Part shown: in pieces, positions 27,081 through 37,012 of the stretch
Position numbering within the stretch: position 1 is the stretch's first letter
Layout: the number at the start of each line of letters is the position of its first letter
IMG/VR virus record: IMGVR_UViG_3300009108_000011
Coordinates: 1-59,548 of that record
Origin: a virus
Lineage: Duplodnaviria; Caudoviricetes
Direction: 5' to 3' (one strand)
DNA: 59,548 bases
The notes under the pieces: generated by a model
Databases searched by the model: none
Told to the model about the DNA's origin: nothing
Seen by the model: only the letters and a program-made list of their open reading frames with translations
Position numbers and translations under genes: made by a program

Positions 27081-28162
27081 TGAGATATAAAAACTCACGT
27101 AGTACTGAACCAACTGGTGTTACTAGTAAACTAGGAAATGGTGAAGATAACGAACACATTGTTAAAGCTTGTGATATTGCAGAAAACCTTGCAATTAATA
27201 CAACAGCAACCAATGACGATGTAACATATGCACCCGTTGACTATGAGAATGCATTCATTCCATATAGAATAGGTAAGTATGAAGATGTTATGGGATTAAA
27301 GCATGAGTTATACAACCATGCTATGACCAGTGACCAACCTATACTTTTGATAGGTGATAAAGGTTCAGGTAAAACTATGACTGTTCATGACTTGGCTCGT
27401 GATTTATATGATGATGGTGTACTTGGTGGTATGATATCCATGCAAGGTAACTTCAACACAAGTGATAAACATATGATATCTTATAATAGATTGAAGGGTT
27501 TATCTGGTGAGACTGTTAAAGGCTTTGGTATTAATGTAGTATGCTTAGGCAATCACTTTAGTGAGGGTAAGTATGCTAACAATCCAAAGTTAGTCATAGC
27601 ATATGTTGATGAACTTCCTAACATGCCAACAGAAACTAGTATTATACTCGCATCATTATTAGATGGTAGACGTATGATACAGACACAAGATGGTCATACA
27701 TGGAGACTCAATGATAATGCTAGAGTAATATTCATTGCAAGTGGAAACCCTAGTCATTATGCTGGTGTAAATACATTGCAAGAAGCATTGATGTCTAGAT
27801 TCACTGGATATTATATTGGTTATCCAAGTGACGATAGTATCTGTAAGATGATTGACTTTGATAAGTATGGTGTGCCTGAAGATGTGGTTAATCCATTGCT
27901 TACATTGTGTAGTGACATACATAGTATGAAACAGAAACAGGATGTTGATTATGTTATCAGCCCTCGTGACCTATCATACTTTGCACAAGAGTATAGTAAT
28001 AGGATGAATAAGTATGAACCTAAAGAGACAGCCGAACAAGCATTGGCTGGTGCTTTAGAGAAAACTATACTTATTAACTATCAAGACTTGCAAGAGAGAC
28101 AGTTAGTTAAGACATCTATCGAAGAGACCTTTGGCATATCTATGCAGACCAAGTACTCTTAG
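27080..28162 (+). CDS. MoxR/CobS-like AAA+ ATPase
   Basis: Walker A GDKGSGKT, Walker B IAYVDE, ASGNP..YAG..LQEALMSRF, ISPRDL. Confidence 0.85.
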   Translation: MRYKNSRSTEPTGVTSKLGNGEDNEHIVKACDIAENLAINTTATNDDVTYAPVDYENAFIPYRIGKYEDVMGLKHELYNHAMTSDQPILLIGDKGSGKTMTVHDLARDLYDDGVLGGMISMQGNFNTSDKHMISYNRLKGLSGETVKGFGINVVCLGNHFSEGKYANNPKLVIAYVDELPNMPTETSIILASLLDGRRMIQTQDGHTWRLNDNARVIFIASGNPSHYAGVNTLQEALMSRFTGYYIGYPSDDSICKMIDFDKYGVPEDVVNPLLTLCSDIHSMKQKQDVDYVISPRDLSYFAQEYSNRMNKYEPKETAEQALAGALEKTILINYQDLQERQLVKTSIEETFGISMQTKYS

Positions 28163-28164
28163 AC

Positions 28165-28335
28165 ATGCAAGGTAAATTGTCCAGAGTTATGAACGTCACT
28201 ATTGAGACAGCATATATATTCTGTGTTAATTGTGGTGAACAAAACAACATAGGTAATGATAAGTGTCATGTATGTGATAGTGTATTAGTTACAAGCAACG
28301 ATGACTACTGTTGTTTATGTGGTTGTGAACAATGA
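28165..28335 (+). CDS. Zn-ribbon micro-protein; not in ORF track
   Basis: CVNCG..CHVC..CCLCGC. Confidence 0.55.
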   Translation: MQGKLSRVMNVTIETAYIFCVNCGEQNNIGNDKCHVCDSVLVTSNDDYCCLCGCEQ

Positions 28336-28478
28336 AGATAAAGTTATGGTTTTACAACCATCTCTTTTATCCTTTGTATAAGGATTACATTCAAGAGGAA
28401 TGTGATGACTATCTTTCAGAGAATGCTAAAGAATATGCACATGAATATATGTCAGACATGTGGAACGATAGGGATTAG
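28332..28478 (+). CDS. Small hypothetical protein, 48 aa; not in ORF track
   Basis: ATGA overlap; fills the operon gap. Confidence 0.45.
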   Translation: MKIKLWFYNHLFYPLYKDYIQEECDDYLSENAKEYAHEYMSDMWNDRD

Positions 28479-28484
28479 TTAGAG

Positions 28485-30671
28485 ATGCCTTTCAAAAAGA
28501 GTGCAGTTAAACGCACTAAATCTACAGACATATTGTCAGCTAACGAATACAATCGTAAACGTACTGATGTAGTTGAGGAACTAAAGAACAAACGTATCAA
28601 TGTAGCATACAGGAATACTAATAGGAACTATGTTACAGCAGACAGTTATAGTAATGATATCATGCACGTAACATTAGCATCGCCAGCAGTTAAAGGCATA
28701 CCAATACGCACTGCCTTATGGCATGAGTTATCACATGTGTTACATAATTCATTTGCTACTAGTTTCTTTAATGCATCCCATGACTTGGCAAAGAAACAAG
28801 TGGATAGAATACTGGATAAGAATCCAATATTTGCTGAGGTTGATAAAGCATTACGTTCTGTTAGAGATCCATTTACAAATGCTCCAGATAGTTTAGATAA
28901 GTCTCAGTATGTGAATCAACTCATGCAACTATATCGTATGGGTTTTAATGCTATTGAAGACCAACGTATTGAATCATTAACTGGTAGTGTATGGTTAGGC
29001 ACTGGTAAGATGTTCAATAAGATGCGTGACTCATTAGGTGAAAGACTGTTAGAAAACTTGAAGAGTAATGTCAACAGTGAGGATGGTATGGATAACCCAA
29101 TCAATCATTTGTTATTGATAAGATTCAATCAAGCAGGTGCAGTAAGAGCAGACCATAAATTACATAAGGCTATGACTGATGTGGCAGGTAAAGATGAGTT
29201 CGGTTCTATAGTAATATGGAAACGTTATGTTAAACCAGTCATAGATAAATGGTTTACTAAAAGGATAGAGAAACAAGCAGAGAAATATAATGAGTCTTTA
29301 TCTAAAAACATTGAGCAATTAGAACAGACTAAATCTAAAGAAGAGGAGTGTGAAGAAAAGTCCACTGCCCTCGAAAAGATATCAAACTTTGGTCAAGATT
29401 ATGTATACGAAAAGATGAATGACTATGATAAGATGTTAAATAGGATTGGTACTGAAGAGACAAAAACAATACGAGATAAAGAAAACCGATATGATAAATC
29501 CGAGAGAGTTTATCGTAAACTCAATGTGCATAAGTATGATAAACGTGAGGAGCTTGATGAACTGAAGAGAGAAATCAATAGTTCTAGAACTTCAATGTTG
29601 AATGAAGTACATGATATGGGAAAAGAGACCACAAGGGATGGTGTAAATACTTCTGTATCAAAACAAACTGGTATGGATAGAAACCAATGTGATATAGGTG
29701 AGGATGATGAAGATGCATTATCTGAACGTTGTAAGGAAGAAGCCTTAGACCTAGACTCTGAAGATATTGATGAAGATAACATGGATACTATGTTAGCAGA
29801 GTCTGAAGAAGGTGGTACTGGACAAGTTAAAGAGATAAAGAATGGATTGTCTGGTATGGCTATACCTAAAGAACCTTCTAACATACATATTGTTTCTAGA
29901 GTACAGAAAGATAACAACGTTGATTCAACATTAGTTACTGGTCTTAGAACCATAGTTAGTAAGTTGAAGGAACGAAACGTACCAACCTTATCTGATACTG
30001 GTGATGAGTTTGATGAGGATGAATACATTAACCTTAAGCAACGTGGCTATGGTGATGTGTTTAAACAAAACAAACTACAGAATGGTATAGATATACTTGT
30101 GAGTATTGATGGCTCTGGTAGTATGGAATCTAATGAGAATATAGTTGAGGCACGTAAGTTAGTGTCTAGTTTGTTTAAGGTTGCTCAAACTATATCAGAG
30201 TTAACTGTTGAAGCAAACGTATGGTCATCTAATACTGATGGTGATGTTGGTATGACAACAATCAGAACACTAGCAGAGTGTAAGAACATATCAACCAGTG
30301 TTTCAGGTGGTAGATACTATGAGACACCAACACATGAAGCAATGGCATATTCAGCACGCAGGTTAAAAAGAATGCAAGGCAGACATAAGATGTTGATACT
30401 TATCACTGATGGTTATCCACAGTTCAGTAAGGGTGGCGTTCATATGTCAAACAAAGCAATAGTAACTGCATGCAAGAAGAATCTTCGTAAAGTTTTACAG
30501 GTAACAGACAATGTTATATGTATTAACGTTGAGCCTCGTGGTTATACAACTTGTGAGATGCTTAAGGATATCTTTGGTAAAAGATATGTTGAGTATGAGG
30601 GTGTGAAGAAAGCAAATGAATTCGTATCTAAAACATTGAAGCGTAAGTTCATTGAGGTATTAAGGAGATGA
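28485..30671 (+). CDS. VWA-domain protein (CobT-like) with N-terminal HEXXH region
   Basis: WHELSH, FNAIEDQRIE, MIDAS DGSGSM, ETPT, LITDGYP. Confidence 0.85.
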   Translation: MPFKKSAVKRTKSTDILSANEYNRKRTDVVEELKNKRINVAYRNTNRNYVTADSYSNDIMHVTLASPAVKGIPIRTALWHELSHVLHNSFATSFFNASHDLAKKQVDRILDKNPIFAEVDKALRSVRDPFTNAPDSLDKSQYVNQLMQLYRMGFNAIEDQRIESLTGSVWLGTGKMFNKMRDSLGERLLENLKSNVNSEDGMDNPINHLLLIRFNQAGAVRADHKLHKAMTDVAGKDEFGSIVIWKRYVKPVIDKWFTKRIEKQAEKYNESLSKNIEQLEQTKSKEEECEEKSTALEKISNFGQDYVYEKMNDYDKMLNRIGTEETKTIRDKENRYDKSERVYRKLNVHKYDKREELDELKREINSSRTSMLNEVHDMGKETTRDGVNTSVSKQTGMDRNQCDIGEDDEDALSERCKEEALDLDSEDIDEDNMDTMLAESEEGGTGQVKEIKNGLSGMAIPKEPSNIHIVSRVQKDNNVDSTLVTGLRTIVSKLKERNVPTLSDTGDEFDEDEYINLKQRGYGDVFKQNKLQNGIDILVSIDGSGSMESNENIVEARKLVSSLFKVAQTISELTVEANVWSSNTDGDVGMTTIRTLAECKNISTSVSGGRYYETPTHEAMAYSARRLKRMQGRHKMLILITDGYPQFSKGGVHMSNKAIVTACKKNLRKVLQVTDNVICINVEPRGYTTCEMLKDIFGKRYVEYEGVKKANEFVSKTLKRKFIEVLRR

Positions 30672-30988
30672 CTGATGAATTTAAACTTGATAAAGAAGCA
30701 ATGGATATGACAAGAATGCTTAACATTGAAGAGGTTAAGGTTATCACTCATCTATGGAAAATGTTAGATGTTAAGGGTGTGCCAATAGATGATATACCTG
30801 AAGATCTTATCCATATGGATGCAGTAAAGTATCTAATGAACCAGCTATGTAATGCAGGAAAGAAGTATAACCTCAGTCGTGCTGAGATGGTAATCGCTGT
30901 TAGATGTGCATTGTTTGATGTCCTATGGAATTATACATTGGTTGATACTGAAGTAGCCAAACAAAAATTCCAACATGATAACAAATAG
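30668..30988 (+). CDS. Hypothetical protein
   Basis: ATGA-coupled ORF. Confidence 0.6.
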   Translation: MTDEFKLDKEAMDMTRMLNIEEVKVITHLWKMLDVKGVPIDDIPEDLIHMDAVKYLMNQLCNAGKKYNLSRAEMVIAVRCALFDVLWNYTLVDTEVAKQKFQHDNK

Positions 30989-30990
30989 AT

Positions 30991-31245
30991 ATGAAACGTA
31001 AACCTGATTACTGTGTATGGTATTGCAAGTGCAGAAAAAGTACAGGCAAACCTATCGCAGTATTCACACCAATAGATAAGAAATTGACATGGCATTCAAC
31101 ATTACCTAAGAAGATAACAAATTCATTAATTAGTGTGGAAATGTCATTCAATAATTCTATACCTATAGCTAAGAAGTCTGGTGCTACAACCATACTTAAC
31201 ATATGGTGTTTTACCAACACCTGTCTGTGCAGTGACTGTGACTAG
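30991..31245 (+). CDS. Cys-rich hypothetical protein
   Basis: Co-oriented ORF with terminal Cys clusters. Confidence 0.5.
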   Translation: MKRKPDYCVWYCKCRKSTGKPIAVFTPIDKKLTWHSTLPKKITNSLISVEMSFNNSIPIAKKSGATTILNIWCFTNTCLCSDCD

Positions 31246-31260
31246 CAGTTGTACACCATA

Positions 31261-31821
31261 ATGAATGAAGTAACTAGAGAATCTCCATATGTATACAGTA
31301 TGATTTCTCGTAGTGATTCAACTACACGCCATATAATAATACATGAGCCAACTGATGATAGACTTGTGTGTGACTGTAAAGGCTTTACATATAAAAGCAA
31401 CTGTTATCATATACGTGATGTACGAGAATTTATATCTATAAACCCACATGTGAATACAATGATAAGAGAAAAACCAAAAGAAGCAAAACATATCAAAGAA
31501 TTAAAAGATAAACCTGATGGTGAATACAGAGACCCATATGACCAACCCGTATTGGTAGAGACAGACAAACTTGATGGTACAATAAAGAGATTATATGCTA
31601 TGAGCCTTGACCCAGCAGTAGAAGGGCTATGGATTCCTCGTATTGAACTATCAATACAAGAACGCAGGCGTATAATTAAAGGCATACTTGATATGGAAAA
31701 GAATGTATGGATTATCAATCAGCGAAAGAAGGCTGTTGATATTGAATGGCTGTCTGATTCTGACCTGTTCAGATACTATAAGATGATGAACGAGTTAGTA
31801 GGCAATGACGTTACAGCGTAA
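31261..31821 (+). CDS. SWIM zinc-finger protein
   Basis: VCDCKGFTYKSNCYHI (CxC..CxH); ATG at 31261 preferred over TTG at 31249. Confidence 0.75.
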   Translation: MNEVTRESPYVYSMISRSDSTTRHIIIHEPTDDRLVCDCKGFTYKSNCYHIRDVREFISINPHVNTMIREKPKEAKHIKELKDKPDGEYRDPYDQPVLVETDKLDGTIKRLYAMSLDPAVEGLWIPRIELSIQERRRIIKGILDMEKNVWIINQRKKAVDIEWLSDSDLFRYYKMMNELVGNDVTA

Positions 31822-31893
31822 CTTGCTATTTCTTATAGCAATACCATTTGTTATATTCTTTGGTAAAAGAATACTAGGTATGGTGAAGAAACA

Positions 31894-32508
31894 ATGATGG
31901 AACATGGCTTCTATGGGTGCACTACCCATAAGCAAGCACTCAAAAGAATTAAAGCACTTGCGAAATATGACATGGTAGAGATACTAGGTGAAGATTTCAA
32001 TACTGATGGCTTTAATGCTCAAAAGGTACAAGACTGGTTACGTGATTACCACCTTAGTAACAGCATGAAATTGATGAACATGTTCTTTGAAAAAACAATT
32101 AAAGAACGCAGAAGAGGGGGTTGGTTAAAAGGTAAACCTGATCTTACACTGAATGGTTTATGGAACGTTGCATATCTTATGAGATGTAAACCATACTGGA
32201 CAGATTTAGTTACAGAACTTATGAAACACTTTGATGTAGAATATCAGGACTATCAAGATGTATGTAAAGGTCTGTCAATGGTTGCATGGTTCATGTCTAA
32301 TGACCATGAAAGAAGCATGGCAAAAGCTCACAAACAATCTGTTATAGAAGGAGAGTACCATGGATATATTACATACATGGCATTATCATGTGCATGTGAA
32401 ATATTAGGTACAAAGAGAACCAACAAACGTGCAGAAGCAAAGCTTAAGAATAACTTAATATATGTTGGGCAGATAACAGAGGAAGTATATCAGGAGATTA
32501 AGAATTGA
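31894..32508 (+). CDS. Hypothetical protein
   Basis: 204-aa ORF, GGTGA SD. Confidence 0.65.
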   Translation: MMEHGFYGCTTHKQALKRIKALAKYDMVEILGEDFNTDGFNAQKVQDWLRDYHLSNSMKLMNMFFEKTIKERRRGGWLKGKPDLTLNGLWNVAYLMRCKPYWTDLVTELMKHFDVEYQDYQDVCKGLSMVAWFMSNDHERSMAKAHKQSVIEGEYHGYITYMALSCACEILGTKRTNKRAEAKLKNNLIYVGQITEEVYQEIKN

Positions 32509-32730
32509 ACGCATTGGATGTATAGATATGAACACTCAAAGAAAATACTGTGTCAAATGTGGGTTGAAACGAACAACTAAGAAGAAACTACATTTCCACT
32601 GTAAGTGTAAACATGGCTGAAGAATATAGTCATCCAACATACATAACAAAGTGTGATGATTGTGGTCATACTGATAACTTCATAGTTATTCACGCACCAC
32701 ATGACTATAAGCATATAGTAAAATGCAAGT

Positions 32731-32937
32731 GTGGAGGATATAAGATTGACCTCTTCTACTGACCCAGCAACAGACCATATGTTATGTATGGCTGTTGACT
32801 GTGAGTCAATCGCTACTAAAAGCGTACTCGCAATAGTTGACGTTGAGGGTAAGGAAGAGAAGCATAAGATAAACTTCTGTCGTGACCACTATCTAAAACA
32901 AATGGCATATCAATATGCAAAGGAAGAAGAGAAATGA
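32731..32937 (+). CDS. Zn-finger micro-protein
   Basis: CMAVDC..FCRDH. Confidence 0.55.
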   Translation: MEDIRLTSSTDPATDHMLCMAVDCESIATKSVLAIVDVEGKEEKHKINFCRDHYLKQMAYQYAKEEEK

Positions 32938-33425
32938 CCACCGAAGAATACGGTGGCTCTTCTCCTGCCTTCCATACAATGACTGATGCATATAATGGTG
33001 CATTAAATAGTAGAACACAGAACATGAAAGTTAGACGAGTGAATAAAACAACACTTGGTATGTTTACTGTAAGTACATTAAGATTACCACGAGACATGGA
33101 TGACTTTCATCACGGAAAAGTATATGAAACTATGATATGGTATAATGAATTTGGTTCTGATAAAGAAATGAATCCGAAATACCATTTCACCGAAAGACCT
33201 GTTGACACATGGATGAACTATCAAGAAAGATGTCGTACATATAGTGAGGCAGTGCAACAACACAAAGATGCTGTTATGTATATAGAACTCTTCGTTAATT
33301 ATGATGAGCCTGATGAGGAGACATGTCAATGTGGTAATAAAAAACCAGAGGGTGATAAACTCTGTTTACATTGTTGGTGTGAAGAACATAATATGTCTTG
33401 TACTTGTGGGTGCGAATCGAAATGA
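32934..33425 (+). CDS. Hypothetical protein with C-terminal Cys cluster
   Basis: VSTL..VYETMIW motif; ends ESK* inside the junction repeat. Confidence 0.65.
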   Translation: MTTEEYGGSSPAFHTMTDAYNGALNSRTQNMKVRRVNKTTLGMFTVSTLRLPRDMDDFHHGKVYETMIWYNEFGSDKEMNPKYHFTERPVDTWMNYQERCRTYSEAVQQHKDAVMYIELFVNYDEPDEETCQCGNKKPEGDKLCLHCWCEEHNMSCTCGCESK

Positions 33426-33730
33426 AAGAAGAATTCACAGAAGAAGATTATGAAATCGAAATGAAATGTGAAATATGTGGAGAACCATCTGGTTGTGGAG
33501 ATTACCATGAAACCTGTCAATGTGCTGAACCTATTAGAGATAAACATTCTAGTGAAACGTGTAAAATATGCGAGAAAACATTATGGGATGATGATCCAAT
33601 TTATGAAGAATGTGAACAATGTAAGAAAATTGTAGAATCTATTAATGATGAAGGTAAATGTGAGGAATGTGAAACACACATTTCAATGGAAGATATAAGG
33701 CAAATAGCTATGAGGAATCGAAATGAATGA
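33422..33730 (+). CDS. Acidic multi-CxxC protein (cassette gene)
   Basis: Starts in the junction repeat; MKEEFTEED N-terminus. Confidence 0.65.
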   Translation: MKEEFTEEDYEIEMKCEICGEPSGCGDYHETCQCAEPIRDKHSSETCKICEKTLWDDDPIYEECEQCKKIVESINDEGKCEECETHISMEDIRQIAMRNRNE

Positions 33731-33875
33731 CTATATTATAGAGCAAATAGATAGTATAATGCAAAAACTATCATTGGTTAGATGTCAAGGTATGAATATT
33801 GGAATCAAAGATGAAGTCAATTTTGATTTAGATAATCTAAGAGATTGGATTATAGGTAGTGAGGAATCGAAATGA
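33723..33875 (+). CDS. Cassette micro-gene, 50 aa (MNDYIIEQ..EESK); not in ORF track
   Basis: Starts and ends in junction repeats. Confidence 0.65.
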   Translation: MNDYIIEQIDSIMQKLSLVRCQGMNIGIKDEVNFDLDNLRDWIIGSEESK

Positions 33876-34051
33876 CTAGATACTATGTAACGGAATACCA
33901 AGATCAGATTACTGATGAGTATGTAGTATTAAATCCACCTGAAGTAATTCATGCAGAACAAGGGTGCGTTCAATGTGCAATAAGTAAATACACTGAATTA
34001 CATCCTGACCGTTGGACATTTCATGGTGCTGTTACGGAGGAATCGAAATGA
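33872..34051 (+). CDS. Cassette micro-gene, 59 aa (MTRYYVTE..EESK); not in ORF track
   Basis: Starts and ends in junction repeats. Confidence 0.65.
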   Translation: MTRYYVTEYQDQITDEYVVLNPPEVIHAEQGCVQCAISKYTELHPDRWTFHGAVTEESK

Positions 34052-34209
34052 AAGAAGAATTCACAGAAGAAGATTGTGAATCTTGCTACAATCTAGGGAA
34101 AAGTTATTGTAATCATGGTCATCAGGTTGGTTGTTGCTGTTCTGAATGTACTGCTGATTGGCGACATGATAACAACCTAGATGAAAATGATGAACCTATG
34201 AAGGATTAA
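34048..34209 (+). CDS. Cys-rich cassette micro-gene, 53 aa
   Basis: MKEEFTEED N-terminus identical to the 33422 gene. Confidence 0.65.
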   Translation: MKEEFTEEDCESCYNLGKSYCNHGHQVGCCCSECTADWRHDNNLDENDEPMKD

Positions 34210-34214
34210 TCGAA

Positions 34215-34715
34215 ATGAGCCGTAAGATATCAGAGGAAGCTTGTCAAGCTTTACTCTTGGGTAAACCATATAAGAAAAGTAACACAGTAGTTGAAAGATT
34301 AGATGTATTTACATGGATAATGAAATTGTTTGGTAATCCTATAGCTCATTGTAGACCTCGGGGTACATTAGGAAGAAATGAAGGACATATAAGTAGTACG
34401 CCTGAATATCTTCAGATATGTGATGGTCGACACCAATCAATGACTACTAAAGAACGTCTTAATGTATTACCTAACGTTAGCATACATCAGGATAACTTTC
34501 AATGGTATATCAATGACTGTAAATGGGAAGATGCAGCATACGATAATAAAAAGTCTAATCCGTATGGATGGATTAATGTCATAGTAGATTATAACTATAT
34601 GAGATTCAAGAAGAATATACCACCCGTAGTAATCACACAGATAAAGTATTCAGCAAAAACATATGAGGAACTACGCAATCAGTATAGATATAAATATGGA
34701 GAAGACAATAAATGA
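34215..34715 (+). CDS. Hypothetical phage protein
   Basis: MSRKI..SNT.V..LFGNPIA..SMTTKERLN pattern, familiar from marine phages. Confidence 0.65.
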   Translation: MSRKISEEACQALLLGKPYKKSNTVVERLDVFTWIMKLFGNPIAHCRPRGTLGRNEGHISSTPEYLQICDGRHQSMTTKERLNVLPNVSIHQDNFQWYINDCKWEDAAYDNKKSNPYGWINVIVDYNYMRFKKNIPPVVITQIKYSAKTYEELRNQYRYKYGEDNK

Positions 34716-35032
34716 ATATGAAACCTAAACCATTGAAGAATTTCTTTGTGCAATATAGAAAAGTAACGAATAAGGGATTTGGTAGAATGCAAAACTCTAA
34801 ATGGTTTGACGAGGCAGGAGCAGATAAATTCGCTATGAAAGTATTCAGAGAGAATAAAGACAGAGCACTCGTTCATATAATACAGGTTGATGAATTCAAT
34901 CCCAGCAGGCAGATAAAGTATAAGTTTGTTGACCTTATGGGAGAAATTCAACTATGGAATGATTTCTATATGCCTGACCAACTAGTAGACGTAAACGTGC
35001 AGAAAGTACAAAGACTAAATACAAACAGGTAG
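34712..35032 (+). CDS. Hypothetical protein
   Basis: Coupled ORF followed by a T-tract terminator. Confidence 0.6.
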   Translation: MNMKPKPLKNFFVQYRKVTNKGFGRMQNSKWFDEAGADKFAMKVFRENKDRALVHIIQVDEFNPSRQIKYKFVDLMGEIQLWNDFYMPDQLVDVNVQKVQRLNTNR

Positions 35033-35162
35033 ACTTATATCTATCATTACCTTTTTTTTATTATGATTTGCCACATTTGTTTAGCTGAAATTAAAGAATC
35101 TAATACATTAGATAAATTAGATTTATGTAAAACTTGTTTTAAAAAAGTTGGTGATATTATTA

Positions 35163-35498
35163 ATGAAAAATCTTAAGTGTATGTATTGTATGGGAAAAGT
35201 ACCCGTAACATATAAAGGAAGACAAAAAAAATTCTGTACTGAAAAATGCCGTTATACATATAAGAAAAAAAATGGTCTCCTTACATATCAAAAGAAAAGA
35301 TTAACCAATCATAAAAAATGTTTTATTTGTAACCGTGTTATATCTAGTGTAGGTCTGAGAAAAAAAATTTTTAAATACTGCTCAAAAAAATGTATGATTA
35401 TAGGAACAAGGCAAAGAGACAGAAACCAGAAGAACGTATATGTAAAGATACCTATTAATATGTATTATAAACTGTTCGAGAATAGACCACCCATATAG
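35163..35498 (+). CDS. Tandem CxxC..CxxxC zinc-finger protein
   Basis: CMYC..FCTEKC and CFIC..YCSKKC; very basic. Confidence 0.65.
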   Translation: MKNLKCMYCMGKVPVTYKGRQKKFCTEKCRYTYKKKNGLLTYQKKRLTNHKKCFICNRVISSVGLRKKIFKYCSKKCMIIGTRQRDRNQKNVYVKIPINMYYKLFENRPPI

Positions 35499-35548
35499 TT
35501 GTACACCAAAAAAATCATAAAAATACTATTTTTTCTAGAAGACGTTAG

Positions 35549-35773
35549 CTATGCTACAGTCAAATGTGCCCAAGCCATATTATATATCAATGCTTCCTCT
35601 TGTGCCTCGTCTATTGTTTCATCAAAATCATCTATGCATTTATGAATAAATTCATGGGTTATGGTAGATAAGATATCGTCTAGGGTCTCATGGTTATTAA
35701 GATATATTAATATCCTGCCTGTTTCTGAGTAATATACTCCCCTCTCATCACAACCTGTAGTTTTTAAGTCCAA
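35549..35773 (-). CDS. Small HEXXH metallopeptidase-like protein
   Basis: GVYY..ILIYL..TITHEFIH..EE. Confidence 0.6.
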   Translation of the reverse strand: MDLKTTGCDERGVYYSETGRILIYLNNHETLDDILSTITHEFIHKCIDDFDETIDEAQEEALIYNMAWAHLTVA

Positions 35774-35818
35774 CCTAATTCTAGTAAAAGTTATAAGATA
35801 AGATAAAGTTTTCGTTTT

Positions 35819-36061
35819 ATGTGGAAGGAATTTTGGTCATGGTATGAGAGGCATACGACTGAGAGCCTATTAATAACAGCCATAATCATATATATACAAA
35901 TTCCCCATATGGTGTGGGCAGGAGATGCAATATTACAAACAGGAGTAGTGTGGGGAGTCAATCCAATTCTTGATTTTTTTCTATATGGTATTGATTTGAT
36001 TGAGATTATACCTATGATAAACCTAGGAATGCTTATTTACTCCAGAATTAGAAGAAAATAG
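35819..36061 (+). CDS. Small membrane protein
   Basis: Two hydrophobic segments. Confidence 0.55.
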   Translation: MWKEFWSWYERHTTESLLITAIIIYIQIPHMVWAGDAILQTGVVWGVNPILDFFLYGIDLIEIIPMINLGMLIYSRIRRK

Positions 36062-36237
36062 TGGAATTAAAAGCATGGTTAATATTATCGGCAGGAGTTA
36101 TAGTGTTTTATGGTGTGGCGATTTTTAGTGGTAATTTTCCAGAAAATAAGGAAGTTATTGAAGAATGTGGACAGTTGGCTATGGCAATGACTAAAATATG
36201 TCCGTAAGTTTATAAGAAAGAAGAAAATATATAAAAT

Positions 36238-36477
36238 ATGGCAGATGAAGATACAAATCACCCAGCACCTAGGTGGGATGTAGTTACTAAGGGATATGAT
36301 AAAGTGGATTCTGTTATTGATGATTTTGTAACCAAGGATAAAATGAATATCTTAGAACTATCTATAATATTTATGATGGTTAATAAGCGTTTAAATCAAC
36401 AAGATATAGGTATGTATATGGAATATGTAAAAGAAGAGGCTGATAAAAATGCACAAGACAGTGGACTCTACAAATGA
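36238..36477 (+). CDS. Hypothetical protein
   Basis: TTTATAAG promoter ~21 nt upstream. Confidence 0.6.
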   Translation: MADEDTNHPAPRWDVVTKGYDKVDSVIDDFVTKDKMNILELSIIFMMVNKRLNQQDIGMYMEYVKEEADKNAQDSGLYK

Positions 36478-36595
36478 TATAAAACTACCTTGGTCTGACC
36501 ACAAGGATGTTAATATTAATATACCGTGTAAATTATGCAGAGAACAAGCAATAAGTGCCAGTGGTTGTAAATATTGTTCTTTATGTTATAAGGAA

Positions 36596-37009
36596 TTACT
36601 TTCTACCGAGATTCTTGGTAAGTGATAGTGCAGATTTTACTTCTTTGACAGATTCTAGATTGTTTAAGTCTTTGAATAGAATTGGACACTCTTGTTCTAG
36701 TAAATCTACAACTATACAGTTATTCCATTCTAATGTACGTTTCTGTATTATATCTCTATATGAAAGACCATATCCGTTATGTCTTTTATCCTGAACCCTT
36801 ACTACAATCTTTCTGTCGTCTTTATATATAACTATATCTAGTGTTTCTTTATCCTGTCTTTCTGTGACCGTATCTTTCCATTCATCTGTTAAAAGATCTT
36901 TGAATGGAACTTGTGTTTTAAATTCTGCACCATTAAATTCTTTTTTAAGTATATCTAATGCTACATCTTCACCTCTTCCTATAAACTGACCCTTCTTATT
37001 CTTATACAA
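36596..37009 (-). CDS. PD-(D/E)XK (Vsr/DUF559-like) endonuclease
   Basis: GE..TQVP..LDIVI..IVVRVQDKRH..RD. Confidence 0.6.
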   Translation of the reverse strand: MYKNKKGQFIGRGEDVALDILKKEFNGAEFKTQVPFKDLLTDEWKDTVTERQDKETLDIVIYKDDRKIVVRVQDKRHNGYGLSYRDIIQKRTLEWNNCIVVDLLEQECPILFKDLNNLESVKEVKSALSLTKNLGRK

Positions 37010-37012
37010 TAG

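Larger units (their letters stand above)
33415..34217 (+). repeat. Six copies of the AATCGAAATG gene-junction repeat, including a 36-bp exact duplication
   Basis: Copies at 33415, 33454, 33716, 33865, 34041, 34208; 33414-33449 identical to 34040-34075. Confidence 0.9.

Noticed and set aside
33414-34217. CRISPR array or DGR template/variable repeat
   Set aside because: Repeats are only 10-14 bp with irregular 39-262 nt spacing and intact ORFs between them; there is no reverse transcriptase and the 36-bp duplicate has no adenine-specific mismatches
35819-36061. amoC or another ammonia monooxygenase AMG among the small membrane ORFs
   Set aside because: Too short and lacking the AmoC D..H..H metal-binding motifs; no amo gene was recognised anywhere in the window
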